Of a DNA stretch of 64,000 bases, positions 16,100 through 36,437 are shown piece after piece (position 1 is the stretch's first letter; each line of letters starts with the position of its first letter). Under the pieces are notes generated by a model. That model searched no databases and was not told the DNA's origin. It worked only from the letters and a program-made list of their open reading frames with translations. The stretch is from the human T2T-CHM13v2.0 reference genome, Homo sapiens: the NCBI RefSeq assembly GCF_009914755.1, contig NC_060926.1; one strand, written 5' to 3'. The translations under genes and the position numbers were made by a program.

Positions 16100-17504
16100 C
16101 TATGGAAATTACTTTTGATTACTTAAGCATACGTGTATCATAATAATATTAAACTACAACTATTTCTCTATATGTCTATACATTTGTCTTAAAACCAAAG
16201 TGATGTCACAGCAAATTCTCAATTCTGATAATGAATCATGTCCTTAAGTACATATTTACCTACTAATTTAATTAAACCTTTTTCAAACAGCTGAAGTATT
16301 CTAATTTTTTTTCATGTAATATTCAAGAAAGAAGTCAGAAACCTAGCACTTTGGCAATACACAAATTCTTACATCACAAGGAAAAAAAATCTAAAGTTAT
16401 TTATATTTGTTATCTAGGTTAATATTCAGGGCACATTAAAAGCTAAAGCAAAGTACTTGTTGAGTTAAATTACATATGTATATGAAAAATCAACAGAAGA
16501 TCATATGATATAGCTGTTACTGAAGGTCTAGGTTTTTATCCTATAGTCATCTATCTGATACTAGTTTTTAGCAAAAGGAAAGATGATCTGAATGCAGGGA
16601 TACTATGAATATTAGTTTAAATAAGTTTAAAAAATAAAGCAGCATATAATTTTGTACACAACTCAGGGCAAATCTTAAGGTTGACACATCAACAGTAAGT
16701 ATAATGCCATGAGAGAACTGTGGGTTTCAAACCCTTGGCTGCCTCAGGCCATGGCAGTGGGACAAAGTGGAAGCCTCCACACAGCTGATCTTTAACTCTC
16801 TTCTTTTTAATCAGAGAACCACTGCTTTTGCAGCATGAGTCTCATGAGGGCTTATCAGAAAGGAGGGAATACTATAGAAATACTATGCTCTTAAGATTTT
16901 TCCCCCCATAAAATTAGCTCATGGCTGAGGAATGTAACTAGAACTAGAATATATACTATTAAGGTTTTGTTTACATAATTCAAATGCAATAACCCCAGCA
17001 GCATTACTGTATAAAAGTAAACATTAATTTCTAAAATTAATATTTTCAAATCTCAGAGCTCAAGAAAAGACACTATGCCATTGATTCTATTTGAAAAATT
17101 CAGCTGAAATTTGCCATAGGCTTCTCTATTTTACTGGCTGGCAAACATGTTACCTCGTCATTCTAAGTCTTATGAAAGTGGCTGAGCCAAAGCACTTTCT
17201 CCAACATAAAATATCGGGCTACACAAAGGAGGAAACTTTCTAATACCTACTACCACCATGCAATCTGCCCCACCACCATGCAATCTTCCACAGGGCTCAT
17301 TCCACTCAGTGTTAGAAACTGTAAGTGTACTCTGTCTTCTCGGCTGGTCATCCCTGTACTGCTTTCATAAATAGCTGTTTTTGCAAATGGTTAATTATTA
17401 GCGAGGAAAGCTTTAAAACTTTCTTATTTCTCATACTGAACTTATATTAAGGGTACAGTAAAACTTGGGGTGCCCATAAGATGATATTCAAAACTTTACT
17501 GTAA

Positions 17505-17630
17505 TTTTTTTTTTTAGAGACAAGGTTTCACTATGTTCTCAGTCTGGTCTCCATTTCCTGGCCTCAAGCAATCCTCCTGCTTCAGCTTCCCAAGTAACTG
17601 TGATTACAGACATGGGGCACACACCTGGCT
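17505..17630 (-). mobile_element. Alu left monomer (FLAM-like)
   Basis: ttttagagacaaggtttcactatgtt...ctcaagcaatcctcctgc. Confidence 0.85.
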
Positions 17631-17692
17631 CCTACCATATTTTTATAATTTAAAGAATTATTATTCATAAAATAAGTTTTTGCAAAACTTAC

Positions 17693-17746
17693 CACAATCA
17701 ATATCTTATCTGATGCAGTTATGGCACAAATTGGATCCCTTGTGCC
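17693..17746 (-). CDS. WDR35: WDR35 exon 15 (GTRDPICAITASDKILIV)
   Basis: 54 nt, phase 0-0; donor GTG|GTAAGT. Confidence 0.94.
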
Positions 17747-17759
17747 CTAAAATAAATTA

Positions 17760-20100
<2,341 letters not shown>

Positions 20101-20911
20101 CAATTTCCCAAAAGTTCCCTGTTAAAGCGACTGTTTCTTATTCACCAGTAGATTCCCAGCACCTACTCCAATGTCTCACACTTAATAGACATTCAAAAAA
20201 TACTTAATTGAAAAAAATGGATGGATATGTAGATGACTAGATGAACTCTTGCATATTCTAGTAGATACATCACTAGATCTGCTGTCAAAAAATTAAGCTT
20301 GCACCCTTGCTTTGTTACTTAATCATTTTATGATCCTGAGTAAATCAGTGAACTTCTCTAACAGTTTTCTAACCTGTAAGAGGAGATGACATGCTGATTG
20401 ACTTACAGAGTTTTGAGCATCAGATAAGAAATGAGACAACAGTTTTATAAACAATAGGCACTACTTTAAATACTCTGAGAAAATCATTTCAAAAACTATT
20501 TACTGAAATAGCAAATTATATTAGTTTGTAAACAGAAGCATATTTTCATAAAGAAACAGTTAACTATATTATCTGCAAAATATATGCACTCACTAATACG
20601 CCAGGGATGACAGACCAATCCATGGTCAACTGATAGACAGATAAAGAGATAGACAGATGGGAAGGTGTGAGGAGGAGAGGAGGAGTTATGTTTTCCAACA
20701 TTTTTAGATAATACGCTTTTCTAAGTAGTATATTAGCTACTTATCACCATCTACCATCTTTATTTTAGTTCAAGAATTTTTAAGATCTAGGAAAAAGTTT
20801 ACAGAAGAGGATTTTTTTAAAGAATTGCTAAAATAATATCCTATTCACTGGAAACAAATTATTTTTCAGGTTTCAAAATAAAATTATAATATTTCAAATC
20901 TACAGATATTA

Positions 20912-21031
<120 letters not shown>

Positions 21032-22289
21032 TCAAAGAAAGTTTAAGTATAGTTTATACTATTTCATAATCTCTAGAATAAACGATTGGACAACATCAAT
21101 TAATACTGTTATTTAATATAAAAATTCTGATTATTTTAGAGAGTTCTCAACACAGTTAAATCTTAATGAAGATAAAAATTATCTACCAGGTGTTTACTAG
21201 TTATATAAATGATACGTTCCTGAAAGCTGTACCAAAAACATATCTGAACATTTCATCATATATTCCCGATGAATTTCATTAAGCCCAGAGAGACATTTTA
21301 CCTTACCCTCCACTTGAACATCAGTAAAGAGTAACATCTAATTCACTAACTTTCTCTGTTGTTTCTCCATAATTTCTCTTCTATCAATGTGTTTAATAAA
21401 AGTAAAATTTAAGTGGATTTAGGAGGTTCTAATTAATGCAACTTCTGCGCTGAAGTAAAGAAGCCTTTCCTACCCTTTCCTGTGTTAGGAAGGGGTATCA
21501 CTTTTGGACATCCACTGTCTCTCTAGTACCTGTACCTGTATTATTATTTTAAAATAAATTTAAGGGGTACAAAAGTACAGTTCTGTTATATGGATATATT
21601 GAGTAGTGGTGATGTCTGGGCTTTTAGTGCAACCACAACCCAAGTAATGTACACTGTACACATTAAGTAATTTCTTATCCCTTACCCCCTACTACCCTCC
21701 CACCCTTCTGAGTCTCCAATGTCTATTATTCCACACTTTATGTCCATGTGTACACATTATTTAGCTTCCACTGGTGACCTTTGGCAAATACTTTAAGCTC
21801 ATGTGTCTGTTTCCTCTCTGCAAAACAAGAATAATGAGCACTGATTAGATTTATGAAAGTGTCTGGCACGTAAGAAGTACCCAATAAATGTTGGCTGTTA
21901 TCACCATCATCAACTGTACCTTAGAGATGAGGAAACTGAGTTCTAAGGGGAACCTACTCAAAGTTATTCAAACCAGTACACATATCCCAGACAGAAACAT
22001 AAGGAAATGCTGTCTTCTTGATTTAAACTAATGTCATAATCTCTTTAGCAGCTATAAGACACTCTGGAGAGGCTAGGCTTTCTGCTTCAACTTTGTCCTA
22101 AGATCTACCTTCTCCCACAAGATTGCAGGCCTCTGCTTATTATTGCTACCACGGTAACGCCTACCAGCATGAGGACTACCACATACTGGCCAAAGATTCC
22201 TTCCAAAGATTCTTTCCATTTGGTCTTCCAGCACCACTGAGAACAAAAGATATAACATTTTTCAATCTTTTTTTCCTGCCTCCACATGA

Positions 22290-22487
<198 letters not shown>

Positions 22488-23350
22488 TGAGTCTTAAAGG
22501 GAAGGCAAGGGGAGTCTGCTTTAAGATCTCAAGGATGTGAGGGAGGATAATGATTTGAAAAAACACCTAGCATTTCTGTCATGACTGTACCACTCACTTC
22601 CACCAACACAGGCCTGTGTCCCCATTAAGAATCCTTAGGTTAAAACATTCAACAAAATGCTTTACTTACAGGCTTAGAGTAACAACAGAAGAGCAGCAAA
22701 CACAGAGTATCACTAATGGAGACAATATAACTTACAAAACACAGTAAATGCTTCTTCACTTACAGACTTACTGTGGGGAATCCCTCTATCCTGGCTTCTA
22801 ACCTATCTACTATGTGGCAGAGCCCTTTTCACCCCACTTACTAGAAGTAATTCCAACTCCAGAATCCTTGGAAACCAGGGCAAGAAAAAGAAGCTAAGTC
22901 CCCAGTTCACCCCACCTAAAGACTTCTTCCATATGTGTGTCTAAAGGCCTGCCTCTCCTCTGGTCACTGATATTGGAATCACCCCACCCTCTTGGGAAAA
23001 CCTATACCACTAATGTATAGGAATAAACCCTTAGTTAGATCCTTCGATCTCAAGTGAATAATCATATTTTAGTATAGCATATTAACTCTAATCTGGTGGG
23101 GAGGGTAAGTGAGGACAGCCATTTCCTTATAAAAACACAGCTTTCCACTCTTTATCTCTAAGGACTTTATTAAACCATTCTACTTCTCTTTTATTTTAAT
23201 AAATTTAAACACATAAATTTTAAAGATAATCAAATTAATTGAAAAAACATTTCTACTAATCAAGACACTACAGTTATCAAGCATGACAATTTACAATTAC
23301 TATGTCTGACTTCAATGTGATATGGTTGAGCTACTAAAAAGTATGTATCA

Positions 23351-23530
<180 letters not shown>

Positions 23531-23689
23531 TTACAGTTACACAGAATTGCAGAATGCTTGTGCTGCAAAGGCCTTTAGTAATCACGGAGTTCAACCCCTC
23601 ATTTTATAGACAATATACCCCCACATAGTCTCAAAATACCCATACACAGTCTCTGAAATCAGAAAAGAATCAAAAGCTTGTAGCATCAT

Positions 23690-24776
<1,087 letters not shown>

Positions 24777-26126
24777 ACATCTTATATTTCTACTCTAATT
24801 TAGAAAAGAAAAATCTCCCAAGTCCCTTCCTAAGGAATATATTCTTCTAAACAAATAATTTTTAATATTCCTAATATGTATTGGAAATATATTCTCCTAA
24901 GCAAATAATTCTTTTCATCTGCCCATTTCTTAGAGAACATTTAATTGAGCTCCTACTGTATATGCTTTTATGAAGTAGATAGTCTCATCAAATCCATCTT
25001 ATAGATAAATAAACAGAGGTTTAAAGAAGTAGAACAATTTGCCCAAGGTCACAAAACACAAAATAAACAACATAAAATTAAACACTCATACGAAATACAT
25101 AAAAGCAAAAAACTCCGTCACAAACAGATTATACTACCTGTTTTCTAAATTCATGAACAATCAAAACAGTGTAAAACTTAATTTCTCTATTATAAATACT
25201 ATGCAATGTAATCATTAATATGGCCGGAATAAAGACATAACGTTACTAGGAGGTACCATTTATAGAGTTCTTGCCAGAGTGCAGACAAAGGACATTTGAG
25301 GCAGCAAGAGACTTAGAAACTGAACAAAGAATTAGAAACTAGTCTGATGGTATGATGTTAATTGAGTGGGTTAACAACTCAGGGATTAAATTCAATAATT
25401 TTTATATGCTAAATAACTCAGTCCAACTGAGTAATTTTTTTTTTAATTCTTTTTTCACTGTAACTGTCAAGATTTTTTCATTCAAAATGTGTACTATTAC
25501 CAACCTCTGGAGGGAGCTCAAAGCCTTTCTTGGAAGGAGCACTTTGCTGAAAGCCAGGCATGGAGACTGACAGCAAAGCCTCCAGGGTGCGCTCCTGCCA
25601 GGTCAGGCTGCGCTCTCCTTTCCCTGACCTGGTCTTCACTAAATCTTAAGAATTTTTTAAATATTTAGTAAATTCCACCATGGATACTCTAATGCTGGTA
25701 ACTATTATGCCCTTAGTGTAATTTGAAGCAAGTTTGCACACCTTAACTGCTTTCTAATAAAATCTCATTTTTTCCTAAGTATATAAAAGCATTCTTCCAA
25801 CCAATGTTTACCTACAATTATAAATTACACTCATGTTCCTTTCTTTTTGATAGATCCTAAATACTCACAAGGGTTTATCATTAGCCTGATTACTTCAAAA
25901 TTAAAATGTTAGTGGTTCAAGGTAAGAGTCAGACTTCTTGGATTCAAATGACAGGCACTTGTTAATTCTGTGGCCTTGAATAAATTATTTGTTCTCTCAG
26001 TTTACTTACTGTAAGTTGAAAATAATAATAATGCCAACCCTACAGAGCTGTTTGAAAGTTTAAGAGAGATAACAATATAAATATAAATACAATATAAATT
26101 ATAGCATAGCACAGTGCCTGGCATAG

Positions 26127-26455
<329 letters not shown>

Positions 26456-27070
26456 TTAAAAGACAGTATTTATTGAATGTTTAAAAATATGACAGGCAGT
26501 GTTCTAAATATATAACACATATTAACTCACAACTTCCCTATAAGGTAGGCGTTATTGTCCTCATTTAGCAGATAAAGAAACTGAGGCATGTGAATTTGCC
26601 CATATCACACAGTTAGAAAGTAGTAGAGCTGGACACAAACCTGGTCAATCTGGCTCCAGAAACTGCTCTTAACTACTAGAGCAGACTGACCCTCACTAAG
26701 GATTAAGAAGTATTAGTTAGACATGGTTGCTATTGTTCTTTTCACTTTTATCACCTACATAGGATTTTATAATAAAACCATATATAAATTCTCAGTTACT
26801 ACAAAAAATAGAAATATATCTGAAAAATATGTTCTTTTGAATCAGTAAGGTGGTAATTTCAGCAAATTCATATGGGTAGATAATCCTATCTATACATATT
26901 TTGCTAGATCTTTATTAAGATTCATCCCATCTAGACTAAGCTTCTAGGAAAAGCAAAACAAAATCTTAACAGATACAATGTTTTAGGACAAGAACACAGC
27001 CAAGATGAAGGCCCTCCATGCCCTTTTTGACTGTTCAATATCTGAAAAGAAAAAAATTTGAAATATCTAG

Positions 27071-27378
<308 letters not shown>

Positions 27379-29843
27379 TTGGAAAAAAAGTTTTTAAGAA
27401 AATAATTATGCTTTCATTAACTGAACTTTGTAATGCTAATAGGCAGTCATTACTAGCCAAGCAAGGATGTAAAATAATTTAAAACAATCTTGGAATTCAC
27501 ATATAAATAAAACCTGCTTGTAATATTTTAATGCTAAGGCATGAAATAAATGCCTACATCTGTAATGTTCACCCACTTTCCCATTTATTCATTTCTCAGC
27601 CCTTTCAAGTGCTGGTAAATTGAAATTTCACTGAAATGTTTTCATCAAATTAACTTTCTCTAAAATATATGGAAAACCTAGTGCACGTGTTAGATACCAT
27701 CATTAGAAAGCTGCCCATGTGCTCCCACTAAAATGGCTGCAGCATAGGCAAACTGGTACTTGATGGCCACTTTCCATGCCTTCATTCCTCTGCAAATGCC
27801 GTTTTCTTTCCTTGAAATATCACCTAAAGAAATACTTACTTTTCAAAACTCAGCTCAAATGAAACCTTCTCTAAGTAGAAAGATGTCTCTGATGTCCTTA
27901 TGCACCAATAACCATTTACCTGGCACCTAGAGCAATACCTAGCACGCAGTAGGGAAGCAATAAATCACTGTTCAATGAATTAACTAGGTTTTAATTATTT
28001 GTTCAGAAATCCCACAGGAAATGTCATAATTAATTTCTTATTATTCCCAGTGACCAGTACAGTACCTGAAACAGTATATACTCATTGATAGTTTGCTAAA
28101 TAAATGAATCATCATTTTTTATTTACATGATAGAAAATAAATAATTTCCATGCATTCAATAAACATTTATTATGGGCCAAGGCAGTGTTAGGTCATGGGG
28201 ATACAGAAGTTAATTAGACGTAGATCTTTAAGAAGTTCAAAGTCTAGTGGGGAAGATAGACAAGAAAATTAGTAACCACAGTGCAGGTTAAGAGGTATTT
28301 TGGATGGAAGCACACCAAAGGTATTATGAGTGCTCAAGAAAAGAACACCAAAAAAGGATACCTAACTCTCATGTGTAGAGTATAACAGAGTCCCACAAAC
28401 TACACTTCTATAATAATCTATAAAGTTCATTTTAAAGTTTCTACAAAAATTATAAAGAGGAAGAGTAGGTGGCAAAACAAAAATAATAAATTCTAGAAGA
28501 GTATCACTCACAGACTTTTTTTATTTTAGCCTCTAGTCCTCATAAACATTTGGCATAGAAACTTTAAAAAAGAAATTTTACAGGATATGTATGAAACAAA
28601 AATGTTGAGTCTTTGGCTGTGTTCACTGCAGGCCAATGAAAGAACTGTTTGTTAAAATCTCAGTCAGCAAGACTACAAAAAAAAAAAGTTTTGAGACTCA
28701 AAAATACAAATAGTCATGCTCTCAAGTATTTGCCATTTTATGAAGAAGGATTTACATTTAGCTTTATTTTAAAAAAACAGTCTACTTGTGATAAAAATTA
28801 CTTTGACATTAACCCTATCACCATTATGATTCTATGTTAAAACTTTGGATATTAAAAGAAAAAGCATATAATCTGAAGACTGACAAAATTTACCTCTTAA
28901 AGACTGTTAATGCTTCTAATAAACAAGAGATATTTATGTGATGAGAGTCTGTTAATAATTTTAAGCTAAGCTTTTTAACAAGGAACACTAATGTGTATAT
29001 ATATGTGTATATAAATATATACACATATAAAACATATAAACATGCCTATGTAGCAATGAATGTAAGACATGAAGTTGAAATGTGTCAATATATCTAAGTG
29101 AGTAGGTTATCAAGACCCTAAGCCATAGAGTATAAAGTCTTTGAGGTCATTATTTCTCATATTTGCTATTATCACCCAAACACTTAGCAATTTTTTCAAC
29201 AAACACTTAGCAAAATGCAAACACTCAAAAGGCAACAGGCATTAATACTTAATTGCTTAGGCTAAATGTCCAATATGAAAAAAAAATGACTAGTTCTCAG
29301 GTTCTCAGGAATAATGCAATGGGTTTTTAATTTCTTAGATTTAATAATTTTTACAATACTGTATCCAATATACTACCATACACATTAAAAGAAAATCATT
29401 ACTTTTGGAAGTTACAGTGAAATGGCAACAAAATACTTGTTAATGATTTTTAATAATCTACTTAGAATAAGATTTGGAATTTTTAATGGGTTACTTTCAT
29501 AGTTATTGGGTAGAGGGAATAGTAAATCTAAAGTAACAAAAGTCCTTTGAAAACAAAAAGTCAGGAATTTTTAAAACTGTCCCTATTAATAGACTCATTT
29601 CATTAGAAAAATCTGGAAAGGGCAAACTCACTTTTACAAGCAGCCAAAGTGTTTTTATGGAAGAGAGGTATTTACAAGCAGTTTATTAATAATGAAAGTG
29701 GTTTAATAGCAAAATTCTTTCTATAATCCTCAGTTTATTACATACTAATCATTACGCTGCATACCAATTCCTACACAATTATATTTCCCATTTAAAGCGA
29801 ATGATGGTACTATAGCAGTTGTGAAATTATAATGGATTTTAGA

Positions 29844-29973
29844 TAGACTAACCTTATAATTTACTGTCTTAACCAGGATACTTTTGAGAGTAAAATGGGA
29901 TATTAAGAATTCTACCATGGTAACAGATATAAACTGGTACTGGATCTGACAAAGTAGGAAGTATGGTCATCCT
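29844..29973. mobile_element. MER94-like hAT MITE
   Basis: taatttactgtc..accaggatacttttgagagt...gtatggtcatcct matches the recalled consensus. Confidence 0.7.
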
Positions 29974-30033
29974 CGTTTTAGAAAACACCATTCTAATTAA
30001 TAATACCAGTGTTAGGTTTTTAAATTAGTGTTA

Positions 30034-30213
<180 letters not shown>

Positions 30214-30434
30214 TCATGCTTATCTCTTTTTCAAGTATTGCTAACTGGGAAATAACTGATGAAACTGTTACGTGCAAAAAATAGCAGACAAAAAGAAAGA
30301 TGATTTACAGCATTAAATATAAAGAAAGATCAGTTAATACTAAACCAAGGCTGCTTTCTCAATGTAATGGAACACTGTGGTTTTTAAGAAGACACAAGAA
30401 ACACAAGTACTCTGGCTACTTTTCATCATTTATA

Positions 30435-31735
30435 CAAGGGGTCTTCAAAAAGTTTATGGAAAATGTGTATTATGGAAAAAATAAGCATGGATTTAAAAAT
30501 TGTTTGCATCAAAATAAACGTGCACTAACTTGTTAAAACATGTTTGAACAGGATCTAGTTTGAAGCACTAAGAAGGAGATGGCAGCAGTTTGAAAAAAAG
30601 CCCTGTCAAAGAAACATTAATTCTGCTAAAATTGAAGCAAGAAAAAACATCAAATTTATGGTGCAGCTTGGGTGGAAGAATGGTGAAATCATCAATCCTT
30701 TATGAAAAGTTTATGGGGACAATGCCCTAAAGAAATCAGCAGTCTACAAAAGGACAACTCACTTTAAGAAGGGACAAGACAAAGTAAAGATGAAACCTGC
30801 AACAGCAGACCATCCATGTCAATTTGCAAGGAAAAAATGAATCTCATCTTGTTTCTGCCCTAATTGAAGAGGACTAACAATTAACAGCAGAAACAATAGT
30901 CAACACTATAGACATCTCAACTGGCTCAGCTCACACAATTCTGACTGAAAAATTTGAGTTAAGCCAACTTTCCACTCAATGGGTGCCAAATCCGTTGCAC
31001 CCAGATCAGCTGCACACAGGAGCAGAGCAGTAAATGGAAATTTCAAACAGGTGGTATCAAGAACCTGAGGCATTTCTTCAAAAATTGCAAAAGGAGATGA
31101 AACATGGCTTTGCCTGTATGATCCTGAATGCAAAGCACAATCAAAGCAATGGTTACCAAGTGGTGGAAGTGGTCCAGTCAAAGCAAAAGCAGACCGCCAA
31201 GAGCAAAGGTCATGGCGACAGTTTTGGGGGATGCTCAAGGCATTTTGCTTGTTGACTTTCTGAAGGGCCAAAGGACAATAATGTCCACTTACTATGAGAA
31301 TGTCTTGAGAAAGTCAGCCAAAGCTTTAGCAGAAAAATGCCTGGGAAAACTTCACCAGAGTCTCTCCCCACCATGACAATGCTCCTGCTCATTCTATTCA
31401 TCAAACAAGGGCAATTTTGCTAGAGTTTTGGCGGGAAATCATTAGGCATCCATCCACTTTACAGTCCTGATTTGGCTCCAGACTTCCTTTTGTTTCCTAA
31501 TCTTAAAAAATCCTTAAAGGGTACCCATTTATCTTTAGTTAATAATGTAAAAAAGACTGCATTGACATGGTTAAATTCCCAGGACCCTCAGTTCTTTAGG
31601 GATGGACTAAATATCTGTTATCATTGCTTACAAAAATGTCTTGACCTTGATGGAGCTTATGTTGAAAAATAAAGTTTCTATTTTTATTTTTATCTGTTAA
31701 TTCCATTTTTCCATGAACCTTCTGAAGTCCCCTCA
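30435..31735 (+). mobile_element. Full-length Hsmar2 mariner DNA transposon with a disrupted transposase
   Basis: 1301 bp; TIR CAAGGGGTCTTCAAAAAGTTTATGGAAAATG and its inverted copy at the right end; TA on both sides; WVP, GDETW, HHDNAPAH and YSPDLAP motifs in broken frames; start appears mutated (ATT at 30616). Confidence 0.93.
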
Positions 31736-31821
31736 TATTGCTACAGTTTCTGATCAGCTATAACCTCAAAACTCATTTTTATCCTATGATCAGCTATATA
31801 AGAGCTAATTTCATTTGTTAC

Positions 31822-31854
31822 CGTTGCACCAAATGTCTCCATCTCGTTCTCCTC
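31822..31854 (-). CDS. WDR35: WDR35 exon 11, 33-nt cassette exon (EENEMETFGAT)
   Basis: AAG|GAG...ACG|GTAACA, phase 0-0; matches the recalled 11-aa difference between long and short WDR35 isoforms. Confidence 0.9.
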
Positions 31855-33250
31855 CTTTGAAGCAATATATAAATGACAGGAGAAATTCAGAAAAATTCAG
31901 TTAACTCAAAAAAGACATGACTCAACCTAATGAAAGTGGCTTATATACAAATAATCATCAATGACCAATATTAGGAAAATAATCAAACGTAATGCACATT
32001 TTACATCACATTGTTTTAAAGTGATCATTTCATTTTTCTTACTGTTAGTCTCTGTTTCTGTATCTTGTACTAAGAATACTATTCTACTTAGATGTTTTTC
32101 CTGACTAGAACAACAATTTCAAATAAAGCAGTTCTTTATGTGCTATTTACACAGACTTTTTCTTTTTTCAGCATTCGATTAAAATTTGTTTAATTACTCA
32201 AAACATCTCAGGTACCCCATAGATAACATACGTCTACTATTACCCATAACATTTAAAAAAAAATAAAAAGAACTCATTGAATTAATTTCATAAATATAAA
32301 CCAAATAATAAAAATCATATTTTAAAAAATCATAATTTACTCTTCCACTACTTAAAATAAGCTTATTTACTGCCACAAAATACCACAAATTGTATTTTTA
32401 ATATATTTTTCATTTTTATCAGTTATACATGCTAGTAGTTCCAAAAATCAAATAGATCCACAAGGCTTCTTACTAAAAAATGGCAGTTCCCCCTAAGTTC
32501 CCATTTCCTGCTCCCTTTACCGATCCTTTTGCTATTACCTCCACAAATCTAAGTAACGTGTTTATACTGCTACTTGTTTTATTTCAATTTAGTCCATTAG
32601 CTCTTGCCTCCCCACTACAAATGACAAGTCTTTAGCTTTCTTTCATTCCCTTTTCCACCCCACCCCTACCACACAGGGGCACCTTTCCATCCCTCTCTCT
32701 ATTTTTAATACCATTTTGTCGGATCAGAATTTAGGGTTCAGTATGTTTATTATACTTCAATTAAAAGGTGTTTTAAGTTTAAAAAGGGTGATTACATCAT
32801 TTTGACTATGTAAATGCTATTCACAACTCAGCCATCAAGTGTATCATGATTTATTTTCTTTTCAAGCACATTCTGCTTTCTCTGTAGTCGATAATTGTAT
32901 TTTTTTCTCTTTGATTAGTCTTCTATGGGCTTATTACTAACACAAATCCCCAATTATCCCTGAATTATGTATATCTTGCTGCAAGGGCTCAAATATGTCA
33001 GGTAGTCTATTGTTATCCCCTTAAATTTCTCTTGGAGCCTTCTGACCTCTCATCTGACTCACTGGACACACTGCACCATGGTCAGCTGGTACTTTCTTCC
33101 TCACTGGTGTCCACTCTACTGTTTCTTCTGCTTTCTTGGTTTATTCCTCATTTTGTTAGACTATTTCCTAAAGTAACTTCCTAAGATAGGGAAGCTTGGA
33201 AGGGAAATTTTTAGTGAGTTACACATCTAAAAATGTCTGTATTCCACCCA

Positions 33251-34823
<1,573 letters not shown>

Positions 34824-36239
34824 TAGATGGCTTTCTCAAATGTCTGGCAATCCTTGTCTAACTGCTTATATTTAAGAGTCAGACATTGAAAAGCTGTTCG
34901 GAACAGAGTTGTCTATAAGTGAGCCTCACTGACTGGCGTCTTTACTGTAAGGTGATGGGCAGGGCTATTTCCCTGGGGACTCTCAATCTCAGTATCTTTA
35001 GAAGGCTTTTCTCTTGAACAGGTCGAATTCTCCTGAGAAGATTTCCAAACTCCCACCTCAAAGCTCAATGCTTGGCTGCCAGTGTTCTGGGAACCAAATA
35101 GGAAAAGAAGACTTGGGTAATGTTGAGTAGCAAACTTTTAACGTAATTGTCCTGTTTTCAGCAGAGTTCCCCCACCCTCAGCTCTGCTTGATGCTCTTCA
35201 GCGCAGAGACTCTTTGATCCTCTCTGGAGAGTAAACCCCAGTCGTTGTAGGTGGCAGAAGGGCAGCTGCCTGTGGACTCAGTATAGGGGAGTGGGATCTC
35301 CTTCTTCTTAAAAAAAGTTTTCTCTTTTCTGCATAATCTCTGGTACTTCCAAATTGCTTTTATGTTTGTTTCTTTCTCCCACCAGGTACCCCCAAGTCCT
35401 GTGCCTCTTTGGGATTCCGTGATCTAAGCCAGTTGCCTCTGTTTTCTCCCTGAATGGCTTATGATTCAGCTTTCTTAGGTCTGCTAAGGTAATTACCGCT
35501 AATCCACCTACTCTAACCTACAAAATGTTGTTGCCATTTCCTTTCCCTTTCTGGTCCCTATGGGCTTATGACTTTTTAAAAAATACCTTTACGATTGTTT
35601 AGCAAGTTTCAGGAGAGAACACCAGCAAACATGGCTGTTCAAAGAGTCACCTTTAACAAAAAACTCTATACTTTTTAATGGGGTAAAATAATTGATAACA
35701 CAGCCAAAGATATTGGTAGTCCTTTTCAGAAATATTTACATACTTCTGCAAATATTTAAGTTGTTAGTATACTTTTTAAAAAGACATATTTATATTATTT
35801 ATGTTATGCTATGATACATTAATTTTAAAAGCAATATAACTCCAAAGTAGATTTCTCAATGTCAAAAGCTACCCAAACTGTCTCAAGTGTTCATTGCTGC
35901 ATAATTTCTTCAGCATTTATGCATAGTAGACATCTGGATGTTCATTTTTGCTCATGAAATTTTAATTTGAAAAGGGATTGCGGTATTTTAAATATATTTC
36001 AGAAACAAAAAGCTTCAGTATTAAACCAGTCAGTATGAATTGCCATAAGATTAGCTGCTTGAAGAAAAAAAAAATCAGGGACACAGCATCAATGGAGTCA
36101 CAGAGTTTTCCAAAATTGGTCTAGACCAATAGTGCCAACAGACCCAATGTTTTGATGTACTTGCCAGTGTAGAGGCCATGCTTGAAAAGGTAGAAAACTA
36201 TAACCCAAGCAGTTAGCCCAGCTATGTCTTAAGATATCA

Positions 36240-36437
<198 letters not shown>

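Noticed and set aside
30616-31672. Possible active or domesticated mariner transposase
   Set aside because: Start codon lost, several stops and frameshifts; only fragments (31128..31376, 31472..31672) stay open
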